From Podarcis melisellensis (lineage: Eukaryota): a stretch of DNA of 64,000 nucleotides. Below, piece by piece: positions 52,362-64,000 of this stretch. Under the pieces are notes generated by a model, which ran no database searches, was not told the DNA's origin, and was given only the letters and a program-made list of their open reading frames with translations. The position numbers and the translations under genes are program-made. The stretch is taken from the NCBI GenBank assembly GCA_964234715.1, contig OZ174278.1. One strand, 5' to 3'. Every line of letters begins with the position of its first letter. Position 1 is the first letter of the stretch.

Positions 52362-53876
52362 TATAGCTAAACTGTTGTTCAAGGGGGCAAGCAAGCGGCA
52401 AGCCTGGTCTTACAGATGTAAAGGCTGAATCTATTTCTTTCCCCTTTCCTCAAACTGACTTCCAACAAGCTGGGAGCGCAGTATGGGAACATCCCATTCA
52501 GTTGCTATTTTCAACTTACATGAAGGGAGATAGATCCCTGCCCCAAGGAGTTTACAATCCAGAGATCATCAGTCAGGGAAACAGCAAAGAGAGAAGCAAG
52601 ACTAACAAGGGATGAGCGCATACAATCTCTGCCCACCAGCTGTGTGCAACACACCCACCCACACCCCCCCTCAGTAGACTGCAAACAAGTCTTGCAACTG
52701 CTTTCCAATAGTCACCATAAATGGTGTAAACCAGACAAGCATGAGGTAATCAAGAAACGAAGCACAAGCACATAAAGAATGAAAGTGCTGTTTTAAAACG
52801 AATTCCTCTGCAAATGCCAGGTTGCAGAGATCCAATCTCAGCTAACGCTTCACTACTCACAAATCCTTTTTCAAGCCCAAAATAAAGAACTTCCACTTCA
52901 TCATTTAAAACAATAGTGGCTGCAGCTAACTATCAGGAAGACTTCAGTGTTAATATTTGCTCTTCTAACATGCAGGAATATCCTTCTCAACTGCTCTGGA
53001 AGTTTCTCTTACTTTGGTGTCCTTCCAACACAATAGCTATATTGGCTGAGGCACAGCAATTCTTCATATATTTACTACACAATAGATCCATACAAAATGC
53101 TTAGCGATCTTCCATACTGAGGAAAATGGAGTCTCAATTATCTACTATAGGTCCAATCTAGCTGTGCATCAGAACTGGAAAACTCTCAAGTATGTGGGTG
53201 CCATGTGTTACCAATTAGACTGTTTTATTACTGGCTTCCTTTTGGCTACGTCTAACCTCAAATCCATTATTTACCTATTCTCCAGTGCTGCATACCACAA
53301 CTCAGCAATGATGAGCTAGCCTTTGTATTTGACTTACAGTTCTAGATTTTTCGATTTTGGGACGTCTCAGGGTTAGAGTTTCTGATCGAGACTCCATATT
53401 TCATCCTTCCAATTAGGCAATGTAGTAACACTGCCTTTAAGAAAAGTGCAATGTTTTTTTGCAGGGAAGGTTTTAAGCAACAGTCGGTTCCCGGGAGCAA
53501 GCAATGAAACATGGGCATCGGACTTCACCATCTCCAACACGCATGTTAGGATTGCAAGTGCGAAGGCACTGCACATTAAAATCTCTTTGTGTGCATGAAC
53601 TTAGGCCACCAAGGTAGAAAAGCTTTCGGTCCAGCTTTCTCCTTTGATGTGCTAACCTCACCCATTCAGGAAGATGCATTCAAATATGCTATCCCACAGA
53701 CATTATTAACTGACTTGGTTCACTGCCATGGGGATTCTTCGTCAATAAGCAACATTTGAATCAGTGTTAAGGTTCTCCATGCCTAGGAAATACTATCTGG
53801 TATCTTCCGTGTTCATCTATAAATATCTCAATGATAACAGATCAAAAACATGTAAGTTTAGAGTCTAATCAAAGTA

Positions 53877-54038
53877 CAGTGGTATCTCAGAAGTTGAACA
53901 GAGTCTGTTCTGGGAGTCCGTTCGACTTCCAAAATGTTCGGAAACCATGGTACGGCTTCCGATTGGCTGCAGGAAGCTCCTGAAGCCAATCGGAAGCCGC
54001 GTCGGACATTCAGCTTCCAAAGATCCAAGGTATGACTG
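53877..54038 (+). mobile_element. Tc1/mariner-type MITE, family B (internally deleted)
   Basis: ta|cagtggtatctc...ccaaggtatgactg|ta. Confidence 0.85.
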
Positions 54039-54967
54039 TAATTCATAACAACAAACAAGATCCATTGAGGGGCAGGGGACGACAACACATGAGTGTTGAA
54101 ACTATGACAGGAAAATCGCAATATATGTGTTATTCATGAAGATTCTATAGAACTCATTATTTTGGAATGTTATCTTCTTGCCTTCACCCTATATGCACTG
54201 ATTTGGATAGGAGAACTGCATACTATATTTAAAGGTCTATATGTTGCCTCGGGGCCAGGATAGCCAAAGTTGTGATAGCGGCTTCAGATGCCACCCACTC
54301 AGGTAAATTACCATGTAAATTGGCCATACCATCTCATATCCAAACATAGAACTGCCAACTCCCAGGTGTTGCCATCTGAACTGGCCAGGAACTACGGCTC
54401 TGTGAAGGCAATTCCATAGGAGATATTATTCCTAGCTCCATTCTTCAAAAATAAAATAAAATCACAGCTTCTATTTTTTCCAGTAAATGGACAACAGCTC
54501 TCCCACTCATATTGACTGAATTCACAGCCACTGTATTCATGAGGACTGGCCTGTTCTCCAATTGGGGAGGGGAGTGGGGGATAAATGTTTAGTTCCAACA
54601 TCAGTGACAAGGAATCCCCACCCCCTTTACGTTCATTCTCACGGTCCCAACATGACCCTGGTGGATTGAAGCTGGCTGCACACTTTGAGGCATCCTCCGC
54701 TGCCCCCAACTTTCAATTCAAGTGAAACAAACAACCGACAAAGGACTGAGGTGAAAGGCTTGGCTACTGGCAAACATACATGCAATTCCTGTTAACTGCA
54801 TGTTAGAGAAGGCGGCACGCAATCTCCCTTCTTTGAGATATCTTTATTATAGCCTGTTCTGAGTGTTTACCAAAGAACATTTTTGCACAGGATTCTGAAC
54901 ACACCACACGCAACCGGTCTGCACAAGTGAAGCTCATCCTCTGAAATTCTACAGACAGAATATGACT

Positions 54968-55115
54968 TAGAATCATAGAGGAACTGTAAGGTTGGGAGGT
55001 ACCTCAAGGATCATCTAGTCCAACCCCCTGCAATGAAGGAATCCTGCCCACAGGCATCCCTGGTTGGGCTTGAACCTTCTGGTTAACAGCAAGATGTACT
55101 GACCCACTGTGCCGA
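54968..55115 (-). mobile_element. SINE with CR1-like tail
   Basis: agaatcatag...gatcatctagtccaaccccctgcaatg followed by an antisense tRNA-like head. Confidence 0.55.
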
Positions 55116-55699
55116 GGGGCATGTGACTTTGCGTAGAAACTCGCCTCCTGTACAAAGATACAATTCACCCACTTTTTCCCCTGGATTTGGCATGTGGCCC
55201 CTGTAAGGCTGCCCAGAGGGCAATGTGGCCCTCTGGCTGAAATTGGTTTCCCCACCCCTGCTTTACCAGGTGAGCCACACAAAGCTAGTGTGTTTAGCTT
55301 ATTGGGCCACAGAACTCCTATAGGTTTGTTTGGGCTACAGTCTCTCTACCCACCCCCCATATGAGTTGATCTAACTTTAAACAGAGAGAAACAGAAGTGA
55401 GCCTGGACTCGACTGGACAGTTCAAGGGACAGTGATTTCTAAACAAATCAATTCACATTCAAAACATGTGCATAGTACCCGTACGCCAGATTTTTCTCCC
55501 CACAAGAAAGCAAGCTTCTACCAGTAGTGAAGGATGCAATTTAGAATGCTGCTGGAGAATATGAATGAATCACTGTGTCCCCGGCTTTGGCTCATTAACC
55601 TTTACTATTATCACTTTATAGGAATGCTTACACAGCGCCGGTATAGCACCATTGTACTCACACTTGCAGAAATGCAATTCCACCAGGAATTACAGGGAT

Positions 55700-56052
55700 A
55701 TGACTATAGATTAGTAATATAAAGCATCTACTGGCATGCAGAAGGCCCCCAGATTCAATGGTCAACATCTCCAGGTAAGGGGTCTGGGGGAGCCTGCTGT
55801 CCGAAACCCTGGAGAGCAGCTGCCAGTCAGTACTGACAACATTGAGCAAGATGGACCAGTGGTGTGACTCCATATAAGGTGGCTAAGATGGCTAGGATAG
55901 TTCAGTTCGTACATAATGAGACTCTTCGGGTTGTGTGTTTGAGCCCCGCGTTGGGCAAAATAATCCTGCGTTGTAGGAGTTTGGGCAGCTGGGTGATCCT
56001 AGTGGTCCCTTCCAACTCTAGAGTTATGTGAATCCAAGGCAGCTCCCTATGT
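55700..56052 (+). mobile_element. tRNA-derived SINE apparently interrupted near its 3' end by a CR1-tailed SINE (~55888-56033)
   Basis: The body (ctgccagtcagt...gatggaccagtggtgtgactccatataagg) resumes as aaggcagctccctatg after the insert. Confidence 0.5.
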
Positions 56053-58498
56053 TAGAGGACCAAAAAGCAATCTAGCTTACTCATCCCGGTACATCCAAGA
56101 TGTTGGATCAGTCACCAACAGATCAATCAGAGCAAAATAAAATTGCTATGGTAGATGTGCTATGCAATAGCAGGAGTAATGAAAGAAGCTCCCATGTCCA
56201 GAGTAAGCAATTTGACTAGGATGGAAATGTCTTGCCAATACCAAATGCAGTGGTCATTCACACTCTGAAAATGAACCAAGTTAGTCCACCAATATTTCCC
56301 AAGGACAATATTTGGGAAGATCCTGTCTTTCTCCTTTCAGTAAATGTTTTGATTCCACAGCAAGCTTCTGGGGTTACAAAACTGAGATTATTGCCCCTGG
56401 AGTCAGCGTCTCCCATTCAGTAGGCTATTACCAAAATAACAAGGGCAGTATTTTGACCAGTTAAGAGATCAAGAGGCGGCTATGGAATTGCATACCGTAC
56501 TCCCCACCCCTGTCTCCTCCACAGCGGAACTCCCCGTTATGCACCTGAACCACGCAGCATTACAAGAGCAAGGGGTTAATGTGTCAGGTGGTCACTGGGT
56601 CTTGCAGAGCACTTTTCAAGGGGCTTCATATAACCGAAGCATCAGCTGATCATTGGTGCTTTGAGGGGCATTCCTTTGCCACACAGTTTGAGTTCAACCT
56701 CAGCAAGCAACAGGAAAAGGATCACCTGACAATATAGTTAACATAATGTATTTGAGTGAAACGGAATTGAGTTGAATTGGGGTTACTGATGCAATATTAA
56801 TTTGAAGGTATAAGTTAATTTAAGTTAACTATATCTGAAGAGTAATGAATGGGGATAACTGAAGGACAACTGATTTGGAGTAAGATCTGTTAGGAAATGA
56901 ACTGATTTCATTACTGATTTGGGCTGACCTGTGGTAGGTTGCAAACTAATTTAACAATTGAACCGTACTGATTTGGATTGGAAATTGATTGGCTTGCCTC
57001 CTTTGACATTTAAATTCTAACTCTGCATCTATAGGTAGATATTTGCACATGCAAATATTACGCAATTATGTGTTAATGGACTGATTCCCGATCTTTTAAG
57101 ACTTATTGGTGTCCCTGATTATAGTCCCTAGGGGAGGAGGGCAAAGCTGTTTAGAATTTGGTAGGATACAAGACTTAGAATCTTGGATTATGCCCTAAAG
57201 GCCAGAACCAAGACAGAATGCAATTTGTAATAATCTGTACCGGCAACAACCCAGTTAGTGTGTTAATCCCAGAGCATGTGTGTAGGGCAATGGCAAAACT
57301 GGCAATTGAAAACTTCCGGCTACTTTTCACATCCTATCCATGCAGTCTAGAGGTTCCTCACGCACCACAAGCAGCTGTGGTTATTATTATTATTATTATT
57401 ACAGGAACAGATGTTATGGGAAAGTATCCTGACCAGATGACATCTGCAGAAGAGGACATGCTGTTACTTAGGATCCTGGGAACTTTGGAATCCAGAAATG
57501 CACAAAGTATGCAATCCTTTCAGCTTCTTCCAGAAGTGTAAACTTTGTGAGGAAAGGGAGACGGGTCATACACATTTTCACGATGGAAAACTATTAAGAC
57601 AAGACAACCTGGGTACCAGGTGCTTAGGAGACCTGATTAGGCCACAACATACAAATGTTTTAAGAACATACAGTGGGCATTTGCAGCAGGGAGCACCAAT
57701 GTTTCTCACAGTGCAAACTGCAAACATGAGCGCTACACAAAATGTGAAGCAGCGGAATGGGAACCAATTGTCAGAAGTCTCTGTCTGCTGGGTGAGGATG
57801 ACCTTATTTTAAAGAGCAACTGAGCCATGAACTTTCCCACAAGTTCCAACAGACCCCACTTGTTTCAAAACATTTCAAGGAATAGATGCCACAGTTCCAC
57901 AAGAAAGCCCTTTGTGAAACTCTCCACTTCTTAGCAGCAACATGCAGAAAAACAGGCTTGTAAATAGTCACTTGCCTGAAAAGGAGCTGCCTCCACACTA
58001 ACTGGAAAGCAGGGAAAGTTTTATGTCCATTTTTGCAAGTGTTTTTGGCTGTTTACTTGTATTTTATTGTCTAGATAAACAGCCAATGAAATTTGGCAGG
58101 ATGGGTAACATTTAATGTAACAAATAAAATAAAAATATTAGAAGTAGATTATCTATGAGGGAGGTGCACACTATTTGAGGCACCCTTCAAGGCTAGGTGT
58201 ACACCTAAGCAGTTGGGACCTCTTTCAATGTCACAAATGTGCATTTGGAAAAATATATGTATCATTTAAGGTAAATGTGTGAAGCACCAAGATAAGCTAT
58301 GAGTATGCAGTTGTTCACCAACCCTAATCTTAAGGTCTGTGATGGAATGTCCTCACTTCAGATGTCCTCCTTTCTTCCTTTGCTCCAAGTCTAATCACTT
58401 GAGAAGCCAACCATCATCACCCAGCTTAGGTGAGCAGATAAAAAGTTCTGCAGGCTAGTCCTTGTTTTAAGGGAGTTGCTTGCAAGGCTGCCTTCAAT

Positions 58499-58784
58499 TA
58501 TTATTATTTTTCCAAAAAAATTTTTATTGGTTTTCACAACATTATAAACAAACGCATAAGACAAGCAAACATAAATCATAGCCTTATTGAAAATTACACT
58601 TGTTAACATTGTTAAGTGACTTCCTCGCTTCCCCTTGGTTGAATTTCCATGCATGTCCTTTTAACGGTTTTCCAAATCACAGTTCTTACAAAATTTAACT
58701 TACACATTAACATCCTTAGATCTTCACATTATCAAATTAAACATATTAATTCGACACTTAACATAGATAAAATCCTGAGCCAAT
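58499..58784 (-). mobile_element. Short retrotransposed fragment (L1-like 3' UTR)
   Basis: 15-bp perfect TSD aaggctgccttcaat (58484-58498 and 58785-58799); AT-rich tail with minus-strand aataaa. Confidence 0.7.
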
Positions 58785-58849
58785 AAGGCTGCCTTCAATG
58801 ATGTCGCCTTGCAATCCGTGCAAAATTGGGAGAGGGAAGAACATGCCCA

Positions 58850-60180
58850 GAAACGCCTCGCCTCACTTCCCAGGATAAGGCTACCTTAACCGAACTGCTT
58901 TTCAACTTTAGAAAGTCCCCGCTCCACCCTATGCGATCGACGGGAGGCTCCTTCTTCGAATGCAAAAGCGTCCGCCCCCCCCCCCCTCGCCTGCAACTGC
59001 GGCGCGGAAAAGTCCTGCCAGCCCCGCTTTGCAACATCCCGCCATTCCTCCATGATCCCTTGCGCCCAGAAACAAAACAGAACTCTCTTCCCTGCTCCCT
59101 TCCCGATGCGCTGAAGTCCAGGCGGCTTCTTTCCCAGGCAGCCCCTCTTCTCCACCCCACCCCACCCTGCATCTCTTCCCGCGTGGCTCCCCCCCCCCCC
59201 CTCGACCAGTTCCCGTCCCTTAAATCGCGCCCGCCAGCCCGCCGCCACCGCAACCTCGGCGCGCCCTCTGGAGAGAGCGCACGGTCCCGCTGCTGCAGGA
59301 GGGCGCGGCGGGCTCATCCTCGGCTTCCTGCCTGCGGGGATGCCTTTTGCCCGCCTGCGGGGAAGTTGTTCGGGGAGAGGAGGCAGAGCGGGAAGGAGAC
59401 TGGGCAGGGCGGCGCACGGAGCCCCCCAGCCGAGTCCCTTTGCAGCAATGAATGGGGAACGAGCTCGCTGGCTGTCAGCGGCGGCTTACCTGTTCGTCAC
59501 GCCGGCCGCCACCCCCAACATCGCGGCGGCAGGGGAGTCCCCGAGCGAGCCCCGCAGAAAGCGCGCCGCGTCTCCTCTCCACTCCTTGCCTCCTTCTCGC
59601 AGGCGAGTTCCGCGCAGCAGCAGCAGCTGCAGGCGGGGCCGCCCCCGCAAGGCAGCACAGGAAGGCCACGCGGGGGGAAAGGGAGGGAGCCAGAGAGCCA
59701 GGCGGCGGCGGCAATGGCGCGTCACCGGCCCAAGCACCCTTTGCTCCAGCCCCCTCCGCCGCCGCCGCCGCTTCCTCCCGCGGGGAAGGAGAGGGAGAGG
59801 TGCGCGCCGGGGGTGGCTCGCTCGCCCCACTTCCCGGGGCTTCCGGCTCTCCAGGGACTCCCGATTCCAAAAGCCCCGTTTGTTTTGCAACGTGACCCCT
59901 CTTTTTAGCAGTGTGCTTTTTTAATATATATAAAGCGCACAGCCCAATGGGCAACAGCTGGAAGTCGCCGTGTGGTCCAGAAGTTTTTAGAAACGGGGGA
60001 GGTGAATGGCTTTGGGCCGGCCCAATACATTTGGGCACCTGAGGCGGACCTCAGAATGGCTCCCTGCCGGGGAAGAAAAGGTGAGGGGAAATTGAAATCA
60101 GAAACAAAGCGCGCGGGGGAGGGGGCGATATCTACATGGGCATCACGCTGCCCCTGTCTCCCCCCCCCCCCGCGTCATAG
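58850..60180. promoter_or_regulatory. CpG island / main LIMS1 promoter and 5' UTR
   Basis: Very GC- and CpG-rich with GC boxes and CCG runs, surrounding the distal first exon. CCAAT-like motifs near 59943 and 60021 and an AT-rich TATA-like patch at ~59915-59934. TSS not determinable from sequence. Confidence 0.88.
59490..59521 (-). CDS. LIMS1: LIMS1 distal first exon, coding part: MLGVAAGVTN(S)
   Basis: gcgATG start, 32 nt ending AG|gtaagc (phase 2), inside the CpG island. Matches the recalled mammalian MLGVAAGMTHS-NM isoform. Confidence 0.92.
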
Positions 60181-60306
60181 CTTGGTTGGTCCTAATCTCC
60201 CCCACTCCCTACTTTTTTCTCAGGACCCTCGCTTCAAGAGCACTCTTTCCTCAACTGCTTGACCCCTGTTCTGTAGCCTCCCCTTGTGACCATCAATTCT
60301 CTAGTC

Positions 60307-60799
60307 CAGTGTTACCCAAAGTGGGCAGTACCATCTCTTGTGGGGGGTGGGATAACCTAGGAGGGGGGCAAGGCAGGGGGGCGCTGGAGATGTAAATGAC
60401 TACCAAATTTTGAAAAGCTGGTATCACTAGACAGCTCATCAGTTTTGTTGACTTAATTAAACCAGTGCTTTTGTCTGGGGGGGACGCATACCCCTAAACA
60501 TTTTGTGAGTCTTTGTACTTTTGTCCATTTACTGTATTTTTCCCGATTTGAACTATAAAATGGTGGTTTTCTCGAGTCAAAATGAGAGTACCCCTAAACT
60601 TTTTTTTAAAGAAAAAAGCACCAAATTAAACTAAATCGTTTTAAGTGGATTTTGAGAATGCAATTATTCATTGTTATTATTTTGAGTTTTATTCTGTTGT
60701 TATCTTCCTTAGTGGGTCATGCAAACCGCTACTCTGAATAATGCATTTTATAGGGTTTATGGAACCAGGGGGGCAGTGGCCCGAAAAAGGGAACCACTG
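60307..60799. mobile_element. hAT non-autonomous element containing a nested hAT-like MITE (60463-60623)
   Basis: Outer 8-bp TSD ctctagtc with cagtg...cactg ends; inner 8-bp TSD aattaaac with cagtgctttt...aaaagcac ends. Confidence 0.82.
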
Positions 60800-61419
60800 C
60801 TCTAGTCCTTGGAGAATGACCCCCCCACTGCTTTTACAGTTCACATTTCCTACCTCTTAGCTGTGTTTCAAAGACAGCAGATGTTCTGGCAGTTGCTTGC
60901 CCAGATTATTCACACATTCATTCTGGACTCTGTTTGCGTTTTGGACCTGTTAACTGTGACAGGCTTGACCCCAGTGGAGGCTGGATTCCTGAGCTCCAGC
61001 CCACCTTCTGAAAACGTAATGCAGTTTTAAAAAATTGTTCACAAAATCTCAAAGCCACGTGCTCTTTCCTGTCCCCTCCACATTTTATGCTTGGATTTAC
61101 AGAAGACTTTTTGTCAGTCTCGTCCGGCGAAATGGCTCTCTGCACCACTCAGCCAGTCCTAATCTAAATGTGTAGCTACAGCAAAGAGATCCCCCTTGTG
61201 TGTCCTACCCAAAAAACCATGTGACTAATTGGAATGCCAGAATGTCAGCCCTAGGAGGAAATCTCTTACTCCATCTGTTGTTAAGAAGTCTGACTAGCAT
61301 ATAACAGATGTGGGAGGAGTCAAGACTGCTTCCAAAGCATCCCTATGTGGTAGCATTAGCCTGCATTGGTTCAGAACATGCACAGAGCTGTTTCCTGAAG
61401 GCCAAGGAGCAACAAGGTA

Positions 61420-61628
61420 CAGTGGTACCTCGGAAGTCAAACGGAATCTGTTCCGGAAGTCGGTTCGACTTCCAAAACATTCGGAAACCAAGGCGCAGCT
61501 TCCGATTGGCTGCAGGAAGCTCAGGTTCCAAAGAACATTTGCAAACCGGAACACTCACTTCTGGGCTTGCAGCGTTCAGGAGCCAAAATGTTCAACTCGC
61601 AAGGCGTTTGGGGTCCAAGGTACAACTC
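61420..61628 (+). mobile_element. Tc1/mariner-type MITE, family B
   Basis: ta|cagtggtacctcggaagtc start; family-B interior. Confidence 0.85.
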
Positions 61629-63187
61629 TTATTTGTTTTGTGACTTTGCTAAGAATGATATTGCAAAACAGTGTAAGCAAGAAACAGTGGGTCTCATATT
61701 ATTTTTTTACATAATCATTTTTGCATTTTTTAAAATATTGGGAGGATAAAGTGGATGGCCTGTGTATGTTTTGCGACTAGTAGTGCAGCAATAAAATTGC
61801 TGTACATTTGCAAAGCTAAGCAGGGACTAATATGGTTTCAAATTGAATGGGGAACCACTTGTTGAAATTCCCGCATGTTTTATTCATTTGTAATCCCATA
61901 TTAAAACTTGGACCTGAACTGTGTAGTGTTCTGGTAAATGCTCACATTTTTACTGAAAATGAAGCTTTTAGCAAGATTAATATAAAATACGCAGCGCTGA
62001 TTGCAGAGCCTGAAAACTTCCTGGCACAATTTGGAAAGTCAGACGCCCTGTCAAAAAATGCTGAAAGATATCTGGTCAGGGAGTTGAATCACTCATCACT
62101 CTAATCACATGCTAATGTCAAATGGATATGCATGACTCCTGCAACAAAATGTTTTGTTTTTCCCCCTTCATTTAGTACATTAAATTGTTGGTGGTAGGAT
62201 ACAGAAATATAAAAACATAAAATCCATACTTAAACCACATCAAAACAAGAACAATATTTTAAAAATTAAAAAACAAGAACAATCCAATCCAGCAGCAGCT
62301 GGAAAGAATCCAGATCACTATAAGATGCTTACTGCATAGAAATTGCAACGATAATGAATTTGCTCTCTGGAGGAAGAATTGCATTTTCCCAGAACACAAA
62401 ACAAATTTGCATTTCTTAGTTTGGGGATACTGTAAATGCATTCACAGCTTCCTAAACCAGCCTTTGCAATGGTTTAGGGAGTTTGCTTGTCAGAATCCGT
62501 AATGCTTTTTTTGCTGTGTAAACAAGGCCTAGGGTTGGGAAGTAGGAGATACAAGTTCCAGTCTCAAGGGAAAAGGAGGAAATGGCCTCTTTCACCTTTT
62601 GCATGCCTGCCCAAAAAACAGCCATGTGACAAGGAGGAGAGAGGAAGCATCCAGGACTCAAACCCACACGGCATATACTATACAGAGCAATTCCCTATCC
62701 ACTCAGCCACAACAACAGACGGGAAACAGGCAGCATGGAGTATTTTGAGAGTATTTTGTGTTCTCCCAAGTTGCAACCCAGCAAGCCTTCCTGCATCATG
62801 CGCTCCCCACTTTGGCCATCCCATTGACACATTTTCACCAACACAGCAGATGCACCAACAGTGGTGTCCCACCAGCAAGCACATTAGGGATTCCACCATA
62901 TCCCATAGCCAGGACGTCTCCTTAATAGTGCTATGAATTCTTTATTTCGTAAATGGTCAAATTTAGCTAATATTTGGGGCAATAAGAGGAGATGCCAGGC
63001 AAAGTATAAAGATACAGGCTGTCACCAGTTCTGTTCAGGAGAACAGATGATGGAGATGGCATCACAGAACAAAGATGGGTGGTGGCAGGGTCAAAATGTG
63101 AGACATTCAGCATAAGGCGAGGAGGGTGAAGTTCTTCCCCCTCCCAACCTTTCTTTCCCCTCTACTGGGTTTTGCACCTATTCGCCT

Positions 63188-63539
63188 AAAGGTAAAGGGA
63201 CCCCTGACCATTAGGTCCAGTCGTGGCCGACTCGGGTTGCGGCGCTCATCTCGCTTTATTGGCCGAGGGAACCGGTGTACAGCTTCCGGGTCATGGACGC
63301 GGGTGGCGCTGTGGGTTAAACCACAGAGCCTAGGACTTGCCGATCAGAAGGTCGGCGGTTCAAATTCCCGCGACGGGGTGAGCTCCCGTTGCTCGGTCCC
63401 TGCTCCTGTCAACCTAGCAGTTCGAAAGCACATCAAAGTGCAAGTAGATAAATAGGTACCGCTCCGGTGGGAAGGTAAACGGCGTTTCCGTGCGCTGCTC
63501 TGGTTCGCCAGAAGCGGCTTAGTCATGCTGGCCACATGA
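63188..63539. mobile_element. Sauria SINE with inverted 5' part
   Basis: 63188-63294 is the 3' part on the minus strand; 63295-63539 is the head to ...gctggccacatga on the plus strand. Confidence 0.92.
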
Positions 63540-64000
63540 ACTTGTTAATCTTTAAAATAGGACCAGCATATTAGATAGAAGGTTTCGCTTTCCTCTGTGC
63601 AAACACACAAAAGGCTCCTGTGTGCATTATTTACAAGTTAAAACTTTTGTACCCTCCGTGTGCATGCAGAGACTGCTACACAAACAACAGGACCCCAAGG
63701 GCTATTTCCCACCAGCCTCTGGGAGCTGCACCACACATGGAGTTTCCCTGCTGCACCAGAAGCGTGCCAATTGCATGCCTGTGCGATGGGTGGTGCAATG
63801 AAAGCCTTCTGTGCCTCCTAGTAGGGCATGCACAGGCTAGGCTAGGCCTGAGATCTTGGCTCACTCATGCTTAGCGTTTATGCAAGGTTCAGCTGAAACC
63901 AAGCCACTCGTCCGCTAAGGGAGCTATACCGGGAGAGGCTGATGGCACAACTTATTTATTTTTGTTTTTATTACTATTTATTAAATTTGTATACCGCTCT

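Larger units (their letters stand above)
2054..59521 (-). other. LIMS1: LIMS1 (PINCH-1) gene, 5' portion: three alternative first coding exons plus two common exons; continues beyond window start
   Basis: Five GT-AG-compatible exons translate to the recognisable PINCH-1 N-terminal isoform extensions and LIM1. [12 protein letters not shown] and CFQQFPEG match LIMS1 rather than LIMS2 (recalled as QRCQARFSPAER and CFRPFPEG). Confidence 0.96.

Noticed and set aside
58826-60038. Long ORFs (360, 194 and 187 aa) over the promoter
   Set aside because: Low-complexity Pro/Arg/Ala frames expected in a CpG island. Only the 32-nt LIMS1 coding segment is supported.
60800-64000. 3' end of an upstream neighbour (GCC2 expected from mammalian synteny)
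   Set aside because: No recognisable GCC2 coding sequence found by eye.

Overview
Vertebrate genomic DNA, not prokaryotic. The Sauria SINE, Bov-B/RTE and L2 repeat content points to a squamate reptile, probably a lacertid lizard. The window holds the 5' part of LIMS1 (PINCH-1) on the minus strand. A CpG-island first exon (MLGVAAGVTNS, 59490-59521) and two internal alternative first coding exons (MTALQLKELSHS..., 21229-21335; MEFQ...KLQRRHSDVKVYKE..., 9134-9312) each end in a phase-2 donor and join a common 160-nt exon (6188-6347). That exon is followed by a 67-nt exon (2054-2120) completing LIM domain 1; the rest of the gene lies beyond position 1. The remainder is intronic or upstream and dense in TEs: nine Sauria SINEs, several TA-flanked Tc1/mariner-type MITE families, hAT MITEs with 8-bp TSDs, and L2, RTE, L1-like and CR1 fragments. 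Most ORFs in the supplied track are spurious. The most unusual items are: a young 1.24-kb MITE carrying a tandem array of 71-72-bp hairpins, a Sauria SINE with a twin-priming-like 5' inversion, covarying stem-loops shared by the SINE and the RTE LINE, a 7/7 orientation bias of one MITE family inside the gene, and a CArG box created at a SINE junction near an internal promoter. I found no convincing evidence of a wholly new protein-coding system.
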